Origin: Candidatus Nomurabacteria bacterium
GTDB taxonomy: Bacteria; Patescibacteriota; Saccharimonadia; Saccharimonadales; JAGQNJ01
Assembly: GCA_023898625.1 (NCBI GenBank)
Contig: CP060231.1
Span: 545,890 to 609,889 of the forward strand
Direction of reading: 5' to 3'
DNA: 64,000 bases
The notes under the pieces were generated by a model. That model had not been told where the DNA came from and made no database searches. It saw only the letters and a program-made list of their open reading frames with translations. Both the position numbers and the translations under genes were made by a program. Shown in pieces: positions 43,035 through 54,090 of this stretch (the first letter of the stretch is position 1; each line of letters begins with the position of its first letter).

Positions 43035-44462
43035 ATGACAACAACAAAAGCACCACTAGTAACATTAGAACAGTTCAAGAGTACGAAGATTATTGCTACC
43101 GTAGGGCCAGCATGCAACGACTACCAATCTGTTTACGAAATGGTTGTTGCTGGAGCAAACGGACTGAGATTAAATTTTAGTCACGGTACTCCAGAAGAAA
43201 GAATTCAACAGATTGAGTGGATTCGTAAAGCCAGTAAGGCATATGGCAAACCAGTTGCAATCATTCAAGACCTGCAGGGTCCAAAAATACGCCTTGGTGA
43301 TTTTGAGGGGATTATTAATGTTAGATCTGGGCAAAGCCTGCAGTTTAAGTACAAAGCAGATTATGCCAGGTCAGGAATGATCCCTACGCAGTATGACTTG
43401 AGTAAAAAAGTAAAGCGTGGAGAACGACTTTATTTGTATGACGGAAAAGTTCAAGCAAAAGTTGTGAGTATTACTGATGGGGTAGTGCATGCTAGGGTTT
43501 TAAATGATGGTATTCTTATTAAGCGGAAGGGCATAAATTTACCAGACACAGACTTTGCTGGAGATATCATTACGGCAAAAGACAAGAAGGATATTGCTTT
43601 TGGCTCTACTCAAGATTTTGATTATGTTGCGCTGAGTTTTGTGCAATCTGCCAACGATGTTGCCACTTTGCGAAAAATGCTCAAAAATCTCGGGAGTCGG
43701 GCAAAAATTATTGCCAAGATTGAAACCAGGGCATCGATTGAAAATATCGAATCAATTATTGAAGAAGCGGATGCTGTGATGATCGCGAGAGGCGATTTGG
43801 CAATTGAAACCTTGCCTGAATCTGTTCCGATTGATCAACGCAATATCATTGGGCTAGGTTTGCGTCACCGCAAGCCTACGATAGTAGCTACTCAAATGCT
43901 GGCCAGTATGACAGAAACCCCAGAGCCAACACGTGCTGAAGTATCAGATGTTGCTACAGCGGTTATTGTTGGAGCGGATGCGGTTATGTTGAGTGATGAA
44001 ACAGCTAGTGGAAAGTACCCGGTTGAAGCTGTTAAAGTAATGAAGAGGGTTATTATATACACACAGCAAAATTCTGTTGTTCGCGCACAATTTCCAGCAT
44101 ACGAAGAACACACAAGACAAAGTGCAATCAGCAACGCAATTATTAAATTAGCAGGTGATGTTGGAGCAAGAGCTATTATTGCTGAAACAAAATCAGGCGA
44201 AACAGCAATTCAAATTGCGTCATTGCGCCCGGAGATTCCTATTATTGCCGTAACCTCTGATATTCATACTTCAAGGCAACTCTCAATCGTTTACGGAGTA
44301 AAGAGTTATCTGCGTCCAGTTGATCAATTTGCAGCTACCAAAATCACCAGATGGTTACATAAAAATAAGGTATTGAGTAGTGGGGATATTGTTGTTTCGG
44401 CATCAGGAAAACATCCTGGAGTTGTAGGCACTACAGATACAATAAAAGTTCGTGTAGTATAA
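43035..44462 (+). CDS. pyk: pyruvate kinase
   Basis: TKIIATVGPA..GANGLRLNFSHGT..IIAKIETR..MIARGDLAIE..MLSDETASGKYP. Confidence 0.9.
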   Translation: MTTTKAPLVTLEQFKSTKIIATVGPACNDYQSVYEMVVAGANGLRLNFSHGTPEERIQQIEWIRKASKAYGKPVAIIQDLQGPKIRLGDFEGIINVRSGQSLQFKYKADYARSGMIPTQYDLSKKVKRGERLYLYDGKVQAKVVSITDGVVHARVLNDGILIKRKGINLPDTDFAGDIITAKDKKDIAFGSTQDFDYVALSFVQSANDVATLRKMLKNLGSRAKIIAKIETRASIENIESIIEEADAVMIARGDLAIETLPESVPIDQRNIIGLGLRHRKPTIVATQMLASMTETPEPTRAEVSDVATAVIVGADAVMLSDETASGKYPVEAVKVMKRVIIYTQQNSVVRAQFPAYEEHTRQSAISNAIIKLAGDVGARAIIAETKSGETAIQIASLRPEIPIIAVTSDIHTSRQLSIVYGVKSYLRPVDQFAATKITRWLHKNKVLSSGDIVVSASGKHPGVVGTTDTIKVRVV

Positions 44463-44493
44463 GCATAATTCTGCTACAATAATTACAGTTAAG

Positions 44494-45795
44494 GTGGGTA
44501 ATCTTTTGAGTTTTACTAAAAAGACAATAAAAGACATAAAACTATCGGGTAAAACTATATTACTCCGGGCAGATTATAATGTTCCGTTATCTAAGGACGG
44601 CAAAATTACTGACGATTATAGGATTCAGCAGTCACTACCTACCATTAAGTATCTTATTGATAAAAAATGTAGGGTTGTAATATGTGCTCATTTGGGTCGT
44701 CCAGACGGACGAAGAGATCTTAAATATTCACTACAACCCGTAGCTAAAAGACTAGAAAAATTACTTGGCAAAAAAGTGTACTTTACTCCAATAACAGTTG
44801 GAGATGTTGCTAAAAAGGCGGTCAATAAGCTTAAAGATGGACAGGTACTGATACTGGAAAACCTTAGGTTTAATCCTGAAGAAGAAGAAAACGACAAGAA
44901 GTTTGCCAAAGAGCTGGCAAGCTTAGCTGATATTTTTGTTGAAGATGGTTTTGGTATAGTGCATCGTGCTCATGCATCAACAGAAGGGGTGACAAAATAC
45001 TTGCCTAGTGTTGCTGGCTTGTTGCTAGAAAAAGAGGTATCAACAATTAGAGATATTATCGACAATCCACGACATCCATTAATGGCAATTGTGGGTGGCG
45101 CGAAGATTTCCGATAAGATAGAAATCCTCAAAAAGTTCATAAAACTTGCCGATGTTTTAGTGATTGGTGGAGCAATGGCTAATACCTTTATGAAGGCTAA
45201 AGGGATTGATATTGCCAAAAGCTTATCTGATACTGATGATGTCCCGATGGCCAAAGAGATTATGCGTTTAGCAGAACTCGAAGCCAAAAAGCGAAAATTT
45301 ATTTTCTATCTTCCTCAAGATAGTGTTGTTGTAAGTAAAGTAGATAAATTTGCTAAAACAAGAATTGTGGATTGGGATGCTCACTTGATTGCAACACTAG
45401 AAAATTATCCAAAGCGACCTCCACGTTCAGCTTTTCAACTAAATAAGGAAGATATTATTGTAGATATAGGTCCATTTTCTGGGGCATTTATAGCAGGTTG
45501 TATGCAACTGGTAAATACCGTAGTTTGGAATGGTACCATGGGTATCACCGAAACTCCCAGTGTCGATGGGCCGGTTGGGCCTTTTGCACATGGAACGGAG
45601 TTGATGATTGAGGCTTTAGTTGGAGAATTTGGGCACCGTCCCTACAGTTTGATTGGGGGTGGTGATACAGCTGGATATATACAAGAGCGTGGAATGGTGA
45701 AGTATTTTAATCATGTTTCGACGGGTGGTGGAGCAAGCCTGGATTTGCTTGCCGGGAAAAAGTTGCCAGGCGTCGAGGCTCTGAAAGATAAGTGA
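44494..45795 (+). CDS. pgk: phosphoglycerate kinase
   Basis: GKTILLRADYNVPL..ILENLRFNPEEE..VGGAKISDKI..STGGGASL. Confidence 0.9.
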   Translation: MGNLLSFTKKTIKDIKLSGKTILLRADYNVPLSKDGKITDDYRIQQSLPTIKYLIDKKCRVVICAHLGRPDGRRDLKYSLQPVAKRLEKLLGKKVYFTPITVGDVAKKAVNKLKDGQVLILENLRFNPEEEENDKKFAKELASLADIFVEDGFGIVHRAHASTEGVTKYLPSVAGLLLEKEVSTIRDIIDNPRHPLMAIVGGAKISDKIEILKKFIKLADVLVIGGAMANTFMKAKGIDIAKSLSDTDDVPMAKEIMRLAELEAKKRKFIFYLPQDSVVVSKVDKFAKTRIVDWDAHLIATLENYPKRPPRSAFQLNKEDIIVDIGPFSGAFIAGCMQLVNTVVWNGTMGITETPSVDGPVGPFAHGTELMIEALVGEFGHRPYSLIGGGDTAGYIQERGMVKYFNHVSTGGGASLDLLAGKKLPGVEALKDK

Positions 45796-46601
45796 GGTAC
45801 AATAAACCTATGTCGCGTCGTAAATTAATTGTTGGAAACTGGAAGATGCACCTTAATACTGCTCAAGCTAGCTTGTTGGCACATCGGTTACACGAGAGGA
45901 TAAGAATATATCGCAACCTAGAGGTCGTATTGGCACCGAATGTATTGGTGCTTCAACCGCTTAGCCTACAAATTGATCGACGCAAGTTTAGGCTATGTGC
46001 TCAAAATGCCTATTACAAAGACGAGGGAGCGTACACAGGTGAGGTTTCGTTCACAATGTTACGTGATCTTGTTCACTATGCGATTATTGGGCACTCTGAA
46101 AGACGACAGTACTTTAACGAATCTGACGCTATTGTGCGTGATAAAGTATCGGCATGTGTTAGGAATGAGATTACGCCGATACTTTGTGTTGGAGAAACAA
46201 AAACTCAGCGACGAGCAGGCGAAACACAAAGAGTGCTTCATGACCAGGTCGCAACTGCTGTGAGTGGTTTAACTGCGCATGAGGTAGGTAATATGGTTAT
46301 TGCATATGAACCAGTTTGGGCGATTAGTACTTTTGGGGGTGAGCTTGCTAAACCAACTCAAGTAAAAGAGGCGATGGACGGCATTCGTAATCAAATAAAT
46401 AATCTGTACGGAAAACGAGCCTCACAGAATGTCAGGGTGTTGTATGGCGGTAGTGTTGATGATCAAATAGCACGTGGATATTTAGAGATTACTGGGTGTG
46501 ATGGTGTTCTTGTTGGCGGAGCAAGCATAAATTATCATAAGTTTTCTGGGATTGTTGAGTCAGCCTATAAAATGCAACATGAAAGAGGCGAAGATGTCTG
46601 A
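45792..46601 (+). CDS. tpiA: triose-phosphate isomerase
   Basis: LIVGNWKMH..IIGHSERR..IAYEPVWAI..YGGSV. ATGA-type overlap with the pgk stop; the start could instead be M7. Confidence 0.9.
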   Translation: MRYNKPMSRRKLIVGNWKMHLNTAQASLLAHRLHERIRIYRNLEVVLAPNVLVLQPLSLQIDRRKFRLCAQNAYYKDEGAYTGEVSFTMLRDLVHYAIIGHSERRQYFNESDAIVRDKVSACVRNEITPILCVGETKTQRRAGETQRVLHDQVATAVSGLTAHEVGNMVIAYEPVWAISTFGGELAKPTQVKEAMDGIRNQINNLYGKRASQNVRVLYGGSVDDQIARGYLEITGCDGVLVGGASINYHKFSGIVESAYKMQHERGEDV

Positions 46602-47049
46602 TGATGACCAAAAACATCTAGACGCTACAAAACCTGGGCTGTTGCCAGTGAGCCATACGTCAAAACCTGCACTAGTCAATAATCAACAACTCTCTAAAGA
46701 TCCAATGATGCGTGATGAAGATAAGAAGGATGATAAGCCAGAATTATCAAAAAAAAGTCTAGTATTAGAACCTACAATAACCAAAGAGTCTTTGAAAAAA
46801 GACGAAACTCAACTTAAAGACGAATCTCAACCCAAGGAAGTCAAAGAAGAAGAATTACCTGATGGTGTAATAGAAAATCAGCAACCAGTAGTTGATGAAC
46901 GGTCTGAAGAGATCGAACGTTTAATAAACGAAAAAAAATACTATTTGCCGATCAAGTCAAAATCTTCAACTCCTATGATTATAGGTGTGATTATTGGTGG
47001 TGTTGTATTAGTAGGAATCTTAGCGTTACTTTTTATTATTGTTCTATAA
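46594..47049 (+). CDS. hypothetical K/E-rich protein with C-terminal TM anchor
   Basis: Track ORF 46552..47049. The ATG at 46594 (MSDDDQKH) avoids most of the overlap with tpiA. C-terminal IIGVIIGGVVLVGILALLFIIVL. Confidence 0.55.
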   Translation: MSDDDQKHLDATKPGLLPVSHTSKPALVNNQQLSKDPMMRDEDKKDDKPELSKKSLVLEPTITKESLKKDETQLKDESQPKEVKEEELPDGVIENQQPVVDERSEEIERLINEKKYYLPIKSKSSTPMIIGVIIGGVVLVGILALLFIIVL

Positions 47050-47079
47050 AGTTGCCTTCCAGATGATAAAATAATCTAA

Positions 47080-49242
47080 GTGACTAAAAATTTACTTGAG
47101 GGATTAAATGATGAACAAAAAAGAGCTGTCGAAACAATCGACGGTCCATTATTGATTTTGGCGGGTGCCGGTTCTGGAAAAACTAAGACCTTAACTCATC
47201 GAATAGCATATCTAATCGCCAATAATTATGCGACGCCGTATAACATTTTGGCAGTTACATTTACAAACAAAGCATCTCGTGAAATGCGCGAACGAACAGC
47301 AACTTTGCTTGGTCAGAATCCAGATGACCGTTCATTTATGCCATATTGTGGTACGTTCCATTCGATTTGTGTCCGCATTTTGCGTGTCAGCGGTGAACAC
47401 ATTGGTGTGCCACATAATTTTGTTATTTTTGACGAAGCAGACAGAATTAATTCTATAAAGAAGATCCTAAAAGAACTGCACATTGATGAAAAATCGAACT
47501 CACCAAAAATAATCGCAAGCATCATTAGTAATGCAAAAAATGAACTAGTCACTCCGAGCGATTTCCAGGCTGTGGCCTCTGGTCAGCTACAGCTTGCAAG
47601 TGCAAAGGTTTATCCTTTGTATCAAAGAGCACTAAAAGAAGCTAATGGGTTAGATTTCGACGATTTGATTTCACGAACCGTCGAAATGCTTGATAAAAGT
47701 GAAGTGGCTAGAAAAAAATGGCAAGAGCAGTTTAATTACATTATGATCGATGAATACCAAGACACAAACTCTGCTCAGTATAAGTTAATAAAATTGCTGA
47801 CTGGACAACATAATAATGTCGCTGTAGTCGGAGATGACTGGCAGTCAATATACAGCTGGAGAGGTGCAGATTATAAAAATATCCTGAACTTTGAAAGGGA
47901 TAATCCGAACGCTACCATAATAAAGCTCGAACAGAACTATAGAAGTACCAAAAAAATCTTAGATGGTGCACACGCCGTAATCACCAAAAATAAACATCGT
48001 TCAGACAAAAAGCTTTGGACTGCATCAGGCGATGGATCGCCGATCCAGATTATTCAAGTAGCAAATGAGAGGGCTGAAGGAGAAGCAATAGTCCGACGTA
48101 TAAAAACAGCTTTTGATATTAAGGCTAGATCTTATAAAGACTTTGCCGTTTTATACAGAACGAATGCCCAGAGTAGATCTTTAGAAGAAATTTTTGTGCA
48201 GTACGGGGTTCCTTACAAGATTGTTGGAGGAGTGAGATTTTATGACCGAAAAGAGATCAAAGACCTGTTAGCCTATTTGAGGTTAATTTATCAACCCGAG
48301 GATATTGCTAGTTTTGAGCGTATTGTTAATATTCCGACAAGAGGAATAGGTGCTAAATCTTTGCAGAGTTTTTTGATGTGGAAACAAGATAACGGATATT
48401 TGTTGTTTGAAGCTCTAACAAATGTAGACAATTGCAAATTAATTACCCCAAAAGCGAGAGCGGGTTTTAACGAACTATCCTCAATAATTGTCGACTTTAG
48501 ATCACAGATTGAAAATAACTCAGTAGCTACGATTATCGATAGTTTTATTCGACGCATAGGATACGTGGATTATCTTGATGATGGCACCGCTCAAGGTGAC
48601 TCACGAAAGGAAAATGTTAAAGAGCTGTTGTCGGTGGCGGAACAATATCAAGATCTTGGCCTAGATGGATTTTTAGAAGAAGTTGGCTTAGTTAGTGATA
48701 TTGACCAGTCTGATGTTGGTGGCGATGCGGTCACGTTGATGACATTACATAGCGCTAAGGGGCTAGAGTTCCCAGTTGTTTTTATGGCAGGCATGGAAGA
48801 GACGATTTTTCCGCACTCTAGATCGTTATTTGATCAACACGAAATGGAAGAAGAACGAAGATTGTGCTATGTCGGAATGACGAGGGCCCGCGAAGAGCTG
48901 TATTTACTTCATGCCAGCGCTAGAATGCTTTATGGAGGGTTTCAACATAATCCAGCTTCACGATTTTTGTCAGAAATTGAAGCTGAGTCAACAATCGAAA
49001 ATAGCTTTTTGCAAGATATCCAGCAAAAATCAACTTATGATTTTGACGAAGTGCAACATGATGATTTAAAGAATGAAGAGCTTAGATATGTGCCGGAGTT
49101 AAACGAGGGTGATGGCATTAAGCATCAAATATTTGGAATCGGAACAGTGGTAGAAATTAACGGTGATGAAGCTGTTATTTATTTCAAGAATAAAGGAACC
49201 AAGAAGATAAATATTTCATACGCCAGAATAGAGAAACTATGA
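47080..49242 (+). CDS. pcrA: ATP-dependent DNA helicase PcrA/UvrD
   Basis: GTG start. ILAGAGSGKTKTLTHR, IMIDEYQDTN, VGDDWQSIYSWRGA, LEQNYRST, TLHSAKGLEF. Confidence 0.9.
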   Translation: MTKNLLEGLNDEQKRAVETIDGPLLILAGAGSGKTKTLTHRIAYLIANNYATPYNILAVTFTNKASREMRERTATLLGQNPDDRSFMPYCGTFHSICVRILRVSGEHIGVPHNFVIFDEADRINSIKKILKELHIDEKSNSPKIIASIISNAKNELVTPSDFQAVASGQLQLASAKVYPLYQRALKEANGLDFDDLISRTVEMLDKSEVARKKWQEQFNYIMIDEYQDTNSAQYKLIKLLTGQHNNVAVVGDDWQSIYSWRGADYKNILNFERDNPNATIIKLEQNYRSTKKILDGAHAVITKNKHRSDKKLWTASGDGSPIQIIQVANERAEGEAIVRRIKTAFDIKARSYKDFAVLYRTNAQSRSLEEIFVQYGVPYKIVGGVRFYDRKEIKDLLAYLRLIYQPEDIASFERIVNIPTRGIGAKSLQSFLMWKQDNGYLLFEALTNVDNCKLITPKARAGFNELSSIIVDFRSQIENNSVATIIDSFIRRIGYVDYLDDGTAQGDSRKENVKELLSVAEQYQDLGLDGFLEEVGLVSDIDQSDVGGDAVTLMTLHSAKGLEFPVVFMAGMEETIFPHSRSLFDQHEMEEERRLCYVGMTRAREELYLLHASARMLYGGFQHNPASRFLSEIEAESTIENSFLQDIQQKSTYDFDEVQHDDLKNEELRYVPELNEGDGIKHQIFGIGTVVEINGDEAVIYFKNKGTKKINISYARIEKL

Positions 49243-49697
49243 CAAAAATGTTCATGATTTTTGGAAGAATTTGCTATTGGGTTGGTTGGCCAATATTTAA
49301 AGTTATTTTAGGGAAGTCAAAAAGATCGCGTGGAGTGGTTGTTTGCGAAGATAAAATACTGGTCGTAAAATCTTGGTTGGGTAATGGAAAATGGAATCTT
49401 CCTGGGGGTGGCATAAAGTCTGGAGAAAATGCAAAATTAGCATTTATTCGTGAGTTGTCAGAAGAAACTGGCATTATAGTCAACCAGTCAATGGTCGGCA
49501 AGATTGGTGACTTTGAATACGATAACGACGGGTTAGTTTTCCGCTATTCATTATTTAGAGTAATTTGTGATAAACCTACCAAAATTTTGCGGCAAAAGAA
49601 CGAGATATATCAGGCAAATTGGATTAATATTAGGAATCTTTCTGCCAAAAATTCAAATAGCGATGTATGTATCGCATTAAGTAAAGTAGATATTTGA
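49239..49697 (+). CDS. NUDIX hydrolase
   Basis: Nudix box GGGIKSGENAKLAFIRELSEETGI. Confidence 0.85.
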   Translation: MTKMFMIFGRICYWVGWPIFKVILGKSKRSRGVVVCEDKILVVKSWLGNGKWNLPGGGIKSGENAKLAFIRELSEETGIIVNQSMVGKIGDFEYDNDGLVFRYSLFRVICDKPTKILRQKNEIYQANWINIRNLSAKNSNSDVCIALSKVDI

Positions 49698-49736
49698 TAC
49701 AATAGAATAGTCACGCATTTGTGACTTTGATATTTT

Positions 49737-50972
49737 ATGGTAAAAAAACAATCTGATAAATCGCAACCCAGAAAATTTATAATGCCCAAAGGTCATCCCT
49801 TTGTGGTGCCGGTGGTAACTTTTTTGTTACTTTTTATCTTTACAATGATAGGTATGGTCATTTTTGGTGGCGGAACAACGGTTGGTCCTAATGACTCCAG
49901 AATAGTAACAGTCTATGCGGATGGCAATAAACAAACATTACCTACACGTGCAAAGACAGTACAGGATTTACTCGATAGGCTGGATATTAAAATACATGAA
50001 GGGGATGTTGTGGAGCCAGCTCTGGATTCACCGATTATTAACGATAATTTCGATATTAATATCTATCGATCAAGACCAGTAATGATTGTAGATAAAGGAA
50101 AGCAGATAGTTGTTAATTCTGCTGATCAATCACCTGCTGTAGTGGCACGCAATGCGGGTATTGTAGTATATCCAGAGGATAAAATGGTTCCAGATGTGCC
50201 AGAGAATTTAATACAAGAAGGGGTTGTTGGTGATAGATATGTTATAGATAGAGCGACTCCAGTAACTTTGATACTTTACGGTAATGTAAGCGGGGTGCGT
50301 ACTCAAGCAAAGACCGTTGGCGACTTAATGAAGGAAAAGAATATCAAGTTTTCAGAAAGTGATACCGTGGCACCGTCTTCAGATACACAGCTTCACCCCG
50401 ACATGAAGATAACGATTACCCGTGAAGGTCAGCAAATTGCTACTGTTGAGGAAGAAATACCTGCACCTATTGAGTATGTTGATGACGCAAATATGACGCG
50501 AGGCAGTACGGCAGTTAAGGAGCCAGGAGCTCCCGGTAAAAAGGTTGTTACATATGAAATAAAGACTGAAAATGGGATTGAGGTTAGCAGGAATAAATTA
50601 CAAGAAATCGTTACAATTCAACCCCAGAGGAAGTTAGTTACAAGGGGGACAAAAATTATCATAAGTAATCCATCGGAAAACGTTAGAATTGGTGAAAGTA
50701 TGGCTGCGAGTCGAGGCTGGACTGGAGAGCAATGGTACTGTTTGTATCAGCTTTGGCAAAAAGAATCACACTGGAGTACCACAGCAGGAAATCCAAGTAG
50801 TGGTGCTTACGGTATCCCCCAGGCATTACCAGGTAACAAAATGTCTAGTGCTGGGTCGGATTGGGCATCCAACCCTTCAACGCAAATTGCTTGGGGCTTA
50901 GGGTATGTCGCTGGACATTACGGTACGCCATGTGGAGCCTGGTCTACGTCACAAGCTCGGGGATGGTATTAG
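49737..50972 (+). CDS. RpfB-like architecture: TM, DUF348 repeats, G5 domain, C-terminal lysozyme/transglycosylase-like domain
   Basis: G5-like ..GAPGKKVVTYEIKTENGIEVSRNKL... C-terminal WYCLYQLWQKESHWSTTAGNPSSGAYGIPQALPG is typical of small transglycosylase-like domains (recalled). Confidence 0.75.
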   Translation: MVKKQSDKSQPRKFIMPKGHPFVVPVVTFLLLFIFTMIGMVIFGGGTTVGPNDSRIVTVYADGNKQTLPTRAKTVQDLLDRLDIKIHEGDVVEPALDSPIINDNFDINIYRSRPVMIVDKGKQIVVNSADQSPAVVARNAGIVVYPEDKMVPDVPENLIQEGVVGDRYVIDRATPVTLILYGNVSGVRTQAKTVGDLMKEKNIKFSESDTVAPSSDTQLHPDMKITITREGQQIATVEEEIPAPIEYVDDANMTRGSTAVKEPGAPGKKVVTYEIKTENGIEVSRNKLQEIVTIQPQRKLVTRGTKIIISNPSENVRIGESMAASRGWTGEQWYCLYQLWQKESHWSTTAGNPSSGAYGIPQALPGNKMSSAGSDWASNPSTQIAWGLGYVAGHYGTPCGAWSTSQARGWY

Positions 50973-51044
50973 ATGACCCAAATTGAGTGTACGGATTGTT
51001 GCATGCATGACAATTTGTATAAATCAGGTCAGTAGTATAGGTAT

Positions 51045-51839
51045 ATGAGTAATTTTCCGGAGGCTAAAAAAGCATTAGGTCAACACTGGCTTGAAGATGA
51101 AGAAAGTTTAGTAGCTATGGTTCACGCAGGTGAAATTTGCGCATCTGATACAATACTTGAGATTGGCCCAGGCACAGGCACGCTCACAGAAAAACTTACA
51201 GAAACAAATGCAAACATTATTGCCCTAGAGTTTGACAGCGCAAGATACAAAGATTTAATTAGGACTTACAAAGAATCTACTAATGTAGTGATTCAAGAAG
51301 GGGATATTAGGGTATTTAATCTCAATGACTTGCCACCAGATTACAAAATAATCGCAAATATTCCGTATTATTTGACAGCAAATTTGCTTAGAATTTTGTC
51401 GGAGTCTGAAAATATGCCAAAAATAGCCGTACTTCTAGTTCAAAAAGAAGTGGCTCAGAGGGTTGGGGCTAATCCGGGGGAGTTGAGTATGCTTTCAGTC
51501 TTTACTCAAATTCACTATGATGTGTCTCTTGGTCGAATTGTTCCAGCTCAGTTATTTTCTCCACCTCCTAAAGTAGATTCACAAATACTTATACTGCACC
51601 GTAAGTCAGAAAGTCGGTCTTCTCAAATATTGCCTCAATTAAGCAGGGTAATTAAAGCAGGGTTTAGCCAAAAACGAAAAAAATTAGTTAATAATTTAGC
51701 GACCGAGTTAGGACTAGGCAAAGAAGAGATTTCAAAAATTCTTCAAGACTGTAACCTAAGGTCTGATATTAGAGCTCAACAATTAACTTTAGGTCAATGG
51801 GAAAAGATCTCTAACGAAATATCACAGTTGACACGTTAA
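51045..51839 (+). CDS. rsmA: 16S rRNA (adenine1518/1519-N6)-dimethyltransferase
   Basis: KALGQHWL..ILEIGPGTGTLT..ANIPYYLT..FSPPPKVDS. Confidence 0.9.
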   Translation: MSNFPEAKKALGQHWLEDEESLVAMVHAGEICASDTILEIGPGTGTLTEKLTETNANIIALEFDSARYKDLIRTYKESTNVVIQEGDIRVFNLNDLPPDYKIIANIPYYLTANLLRILSESENMPKIAVLLVQKEVAQRVGANPGELSMLSVFTQIHYDVSLGRIVPAQLFSPPPKVDSQILILHRKSESRSSQILPQLSRVIKAGFSQKRKKLVNNLATELGLGKEEISKILQDCNLRSDIRAQQLTLGQWEKISNEISQLTR

Positions 51840-51862
51840 TAATTAACTAGTAAAGTTATAAG

Positions 51863-52312
51863 GTGATTTCAAATATAAAACCAACGGACAATGTCAGCTA
51901 TCTTATTCAAAAGATCGCCATGCTTCTTAGCCGGCAAAATGACTTTATCTTAACGCAAAATCTTGGTATTGGTTTTTCACAGTTTAAGTTACTGATGATT
52001 TTAAGATGGCAACCGAATATTAAGCAAAAACAAATTGCGCAACAGCTCGGACAAACCGAAGCAAGTATTAGTCGTCAGATTAAACTGATGTTTAATGATG
52101 GTTTGTTGCAAAGCACATTAAACCCTTCAAATCGACGCGAGCACATTACTACATTAACAACTCGTGGACAACGGATTTGTGATGAATCAATTGAACTTAT
52201 GAAAACTTCGTATCAACCAATGATTTCGCAACTGTCAAAGCATCAAGAGGTTGATTTATTAAAATCACTAACAGTTCTCAATGAATACTTACAATCAAAC
52301 GTCAATAAATAA
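51863..52312 (+). CDS. MarR-family transcriptional regulator
   Basis: GTG start. wHTH ..IKQKQIAQQLGQTEASISRQIKLMFNDGLL..NRREHITTLTTRG. Confidence 0.8.
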   Translation: MISNIKPTDNVSYLIQKIAMLLSRQNDFILTQNLGIGFSQFKLLMILRWQPNIKQKQIAQQLGQTEASISRQIKLMFNDGLLQSTLNPSNRREHITTLTTRGQRICDESIELMKTSYQPMISQLSKHQEVDLLKSLTVLNEYLQSNVNK

Positions 52313-52322
52313 AAGGATAACT

Positions 52323-54035
52323 ATGCATAAAAACAATCAACCAAAATCAAATAAAGCTTTGCCCCCAAACAAAAAGAAGGCAAAACACGGATTACTAAAG
52401 TGGCTTCCGATGGCGGTATTGAGCTTGGCCTTGATGATAATTATTATCGATACAACAGTATTAAATGTTTCGCTCAAGACAATTGTTAATGATTTGAATA
52501 CTGATATTCAAGGAATCCAGTGGGTGATTACTGCATACTCATTAACCTTGGCGGCGTTTACTATTACCGGTGGTCGTTTAGGTGACATTTTTGGGCGCAA
52601 AAAGATGTTTATGATCGGGGCAGTAATATTTGCTGTTGGATCGTTCATTACTTCAATTAGTCACAGTGTAGGGGTTATGATTGTGGGCGAATCAATTATT
52701 GAAGGAATAGGCGCAGCCTTAATGATGCCAGCTACGGCTTCACTACTCGTTTCAACATACAGGGGTAGAGATAGGGCCATTGCTTTTGGGATATGGGGTG
52801 GCGTAGCAGGTGCGGCTTCTGCTCTCGGCCCGATCTTGGGTGGATATTTAACAACAAATTATAGCTGGCGGTGGGCGTTCCGAATAAATATCTTTGTAGT
52901 GATATTGCTATTGCTAGGCTCTATGGCTATAGCTGAAGCTCGCGAAAAAAATGTCAGTCGCAAACTTGATATCATGGGTATTTTATTATCCTCAGTTGGA
53001 CTCTTTGCGTTTGTGTACGGAATTATTGAGTCATCAAATTACGGTTGGTTAAAAGCAACACAAGCCTATAAACTTCTAGGTCACGAAGTTAATGTTGTTG
53101 GCTTATCGATAACTCCAATCGCGATTATTATCGGTATTATTTTATTGGCTTTATTTGCGTTGTGGGAAAATTTTGTCGAGAGCCAGGGACGTACTCCTTT
53201 GGTTTCCATGGGCATATTCAAGAATAGGCAGTTCATTTCAGGAGCCTCAGTAACCGCTCTTTTATCATTAGGTATGGTTGGCTTAATATTTGCCCTTCCG
53301 GTATTTTTACAGTCGGTGCAGGGCCTTGACGCACTACATACCGGTATTGCCTTGTTACCACTTTCATTGATGGTTCTAATTTCTGCCCCACTATCTTCTA
53401 TTTTAAATAAGAAATTTACAACCAAGCGTATAATTCAAGCAGGATTGAGCTTAGCAATAATTGCTTCATGGGTATTAAGTCGTTCGATTACGCCAACTGC
53501 AACTCCATTAACGTTAATGCCTGGATTGTTGTTGTTCGGAATTGGCATGGGCTTTGTAATGGCACAAGCTAGTAACCTAACATTATCGGCTGTATCTGTT
53601 GAAGAATCTGGTGAAGCATCTGGAGTTAGCAATACCTTAAGACAGATTGGTTCTTCTCTTGGTTCTGCAATTATCGGCGCCGTGTTATTAACCTCGCTGG
53701 CAACAAATTTATCAAACGGAATTTCTGAAAGCAAGGTTATCCCCGATCATGCCAAAAGTTCGATATCAAAAGTTGTGGAATCACAGGCATCAAGTGTTGA
53801 ATTAGGTGGCCAAAGTGCTCAACAACAGAAGATGGCTAGTATACCTGCAAATATTAAAGAAGAACTGCGCAAAATCGCCGACGAGGCGTCTGCTAAAAGT
53901 TCAAGCCAATCTATGCAAATCGCCGGATTATTCATTATTGTTGCTCTTGGAGCCTCATCGTTCTTGCCAAATACTCATGACTTAGAGGCTACTACTAGTA
54001 ATAGCAGTAAACGAACTCATGCCACCCAGCATTAA
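52323..54035 (+). CDS. MFS transporter, DHA2/EmrB-like (14-TM type)
   Basis: Track ORF 52281..54035; the ATG at 52323 follows aagga and avoids overlap with marR. IIIDTTVLNVSLKTI.. and GGRLGDIFGRKK motifs, with many TM segments. Confidence 0.85.
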   Translation: MHKNNQPKSNKALPPNKKKAKHGLLKWLPMAVLSLALMIIIIDTTVLNVSLKTIVNDLNTDIQGIQWVITAYSLTLAAFTITGGRLGDIFGRKKMFMIGAVIFAVGSFITSISHSVGVMIVGESIIEGIGAALMMPATASLLVSTYRGRDRAIAFGIWGGVAGAASALGPILGGYLTTNYSWRWAFRINIFVVILLLLGSMAIAEAREKNVSRKLDIMGILLSSVGLFAFVYGIIESSNYGWLKATQAYKLLGHEVNVVGLSITPIAIIIGIILLALFALWENFVESQGRTPLVSMGIFKNRQFISGASVTALLSLGMVGLIFALPVFLQSVQGLDALHTGIALLPLSLMVLISAPLSSILNKKFTTKRIIQAGLSLAIIASWVLSRSITPTATPLTLMPGLLLFGIGMGFVMAQASNLTLSAVSVEESGEASGVSNTLRQIGSSLGSAIIGAVLLTSLATNLSNGISESKVIPDHAKSSISKVVESQASSVELGGQSAQQQKMASIPANIKEELRKIADEASAKSSSQSMQIAGLFIIVALGASSFLPNTHDLEATTSNSSKRTHATQH

Positions 54036-54090
54036 TAAAACTGACTAAAATTCTAGCCTATGAGTATTATTATGTTGCATAATAGTAGTT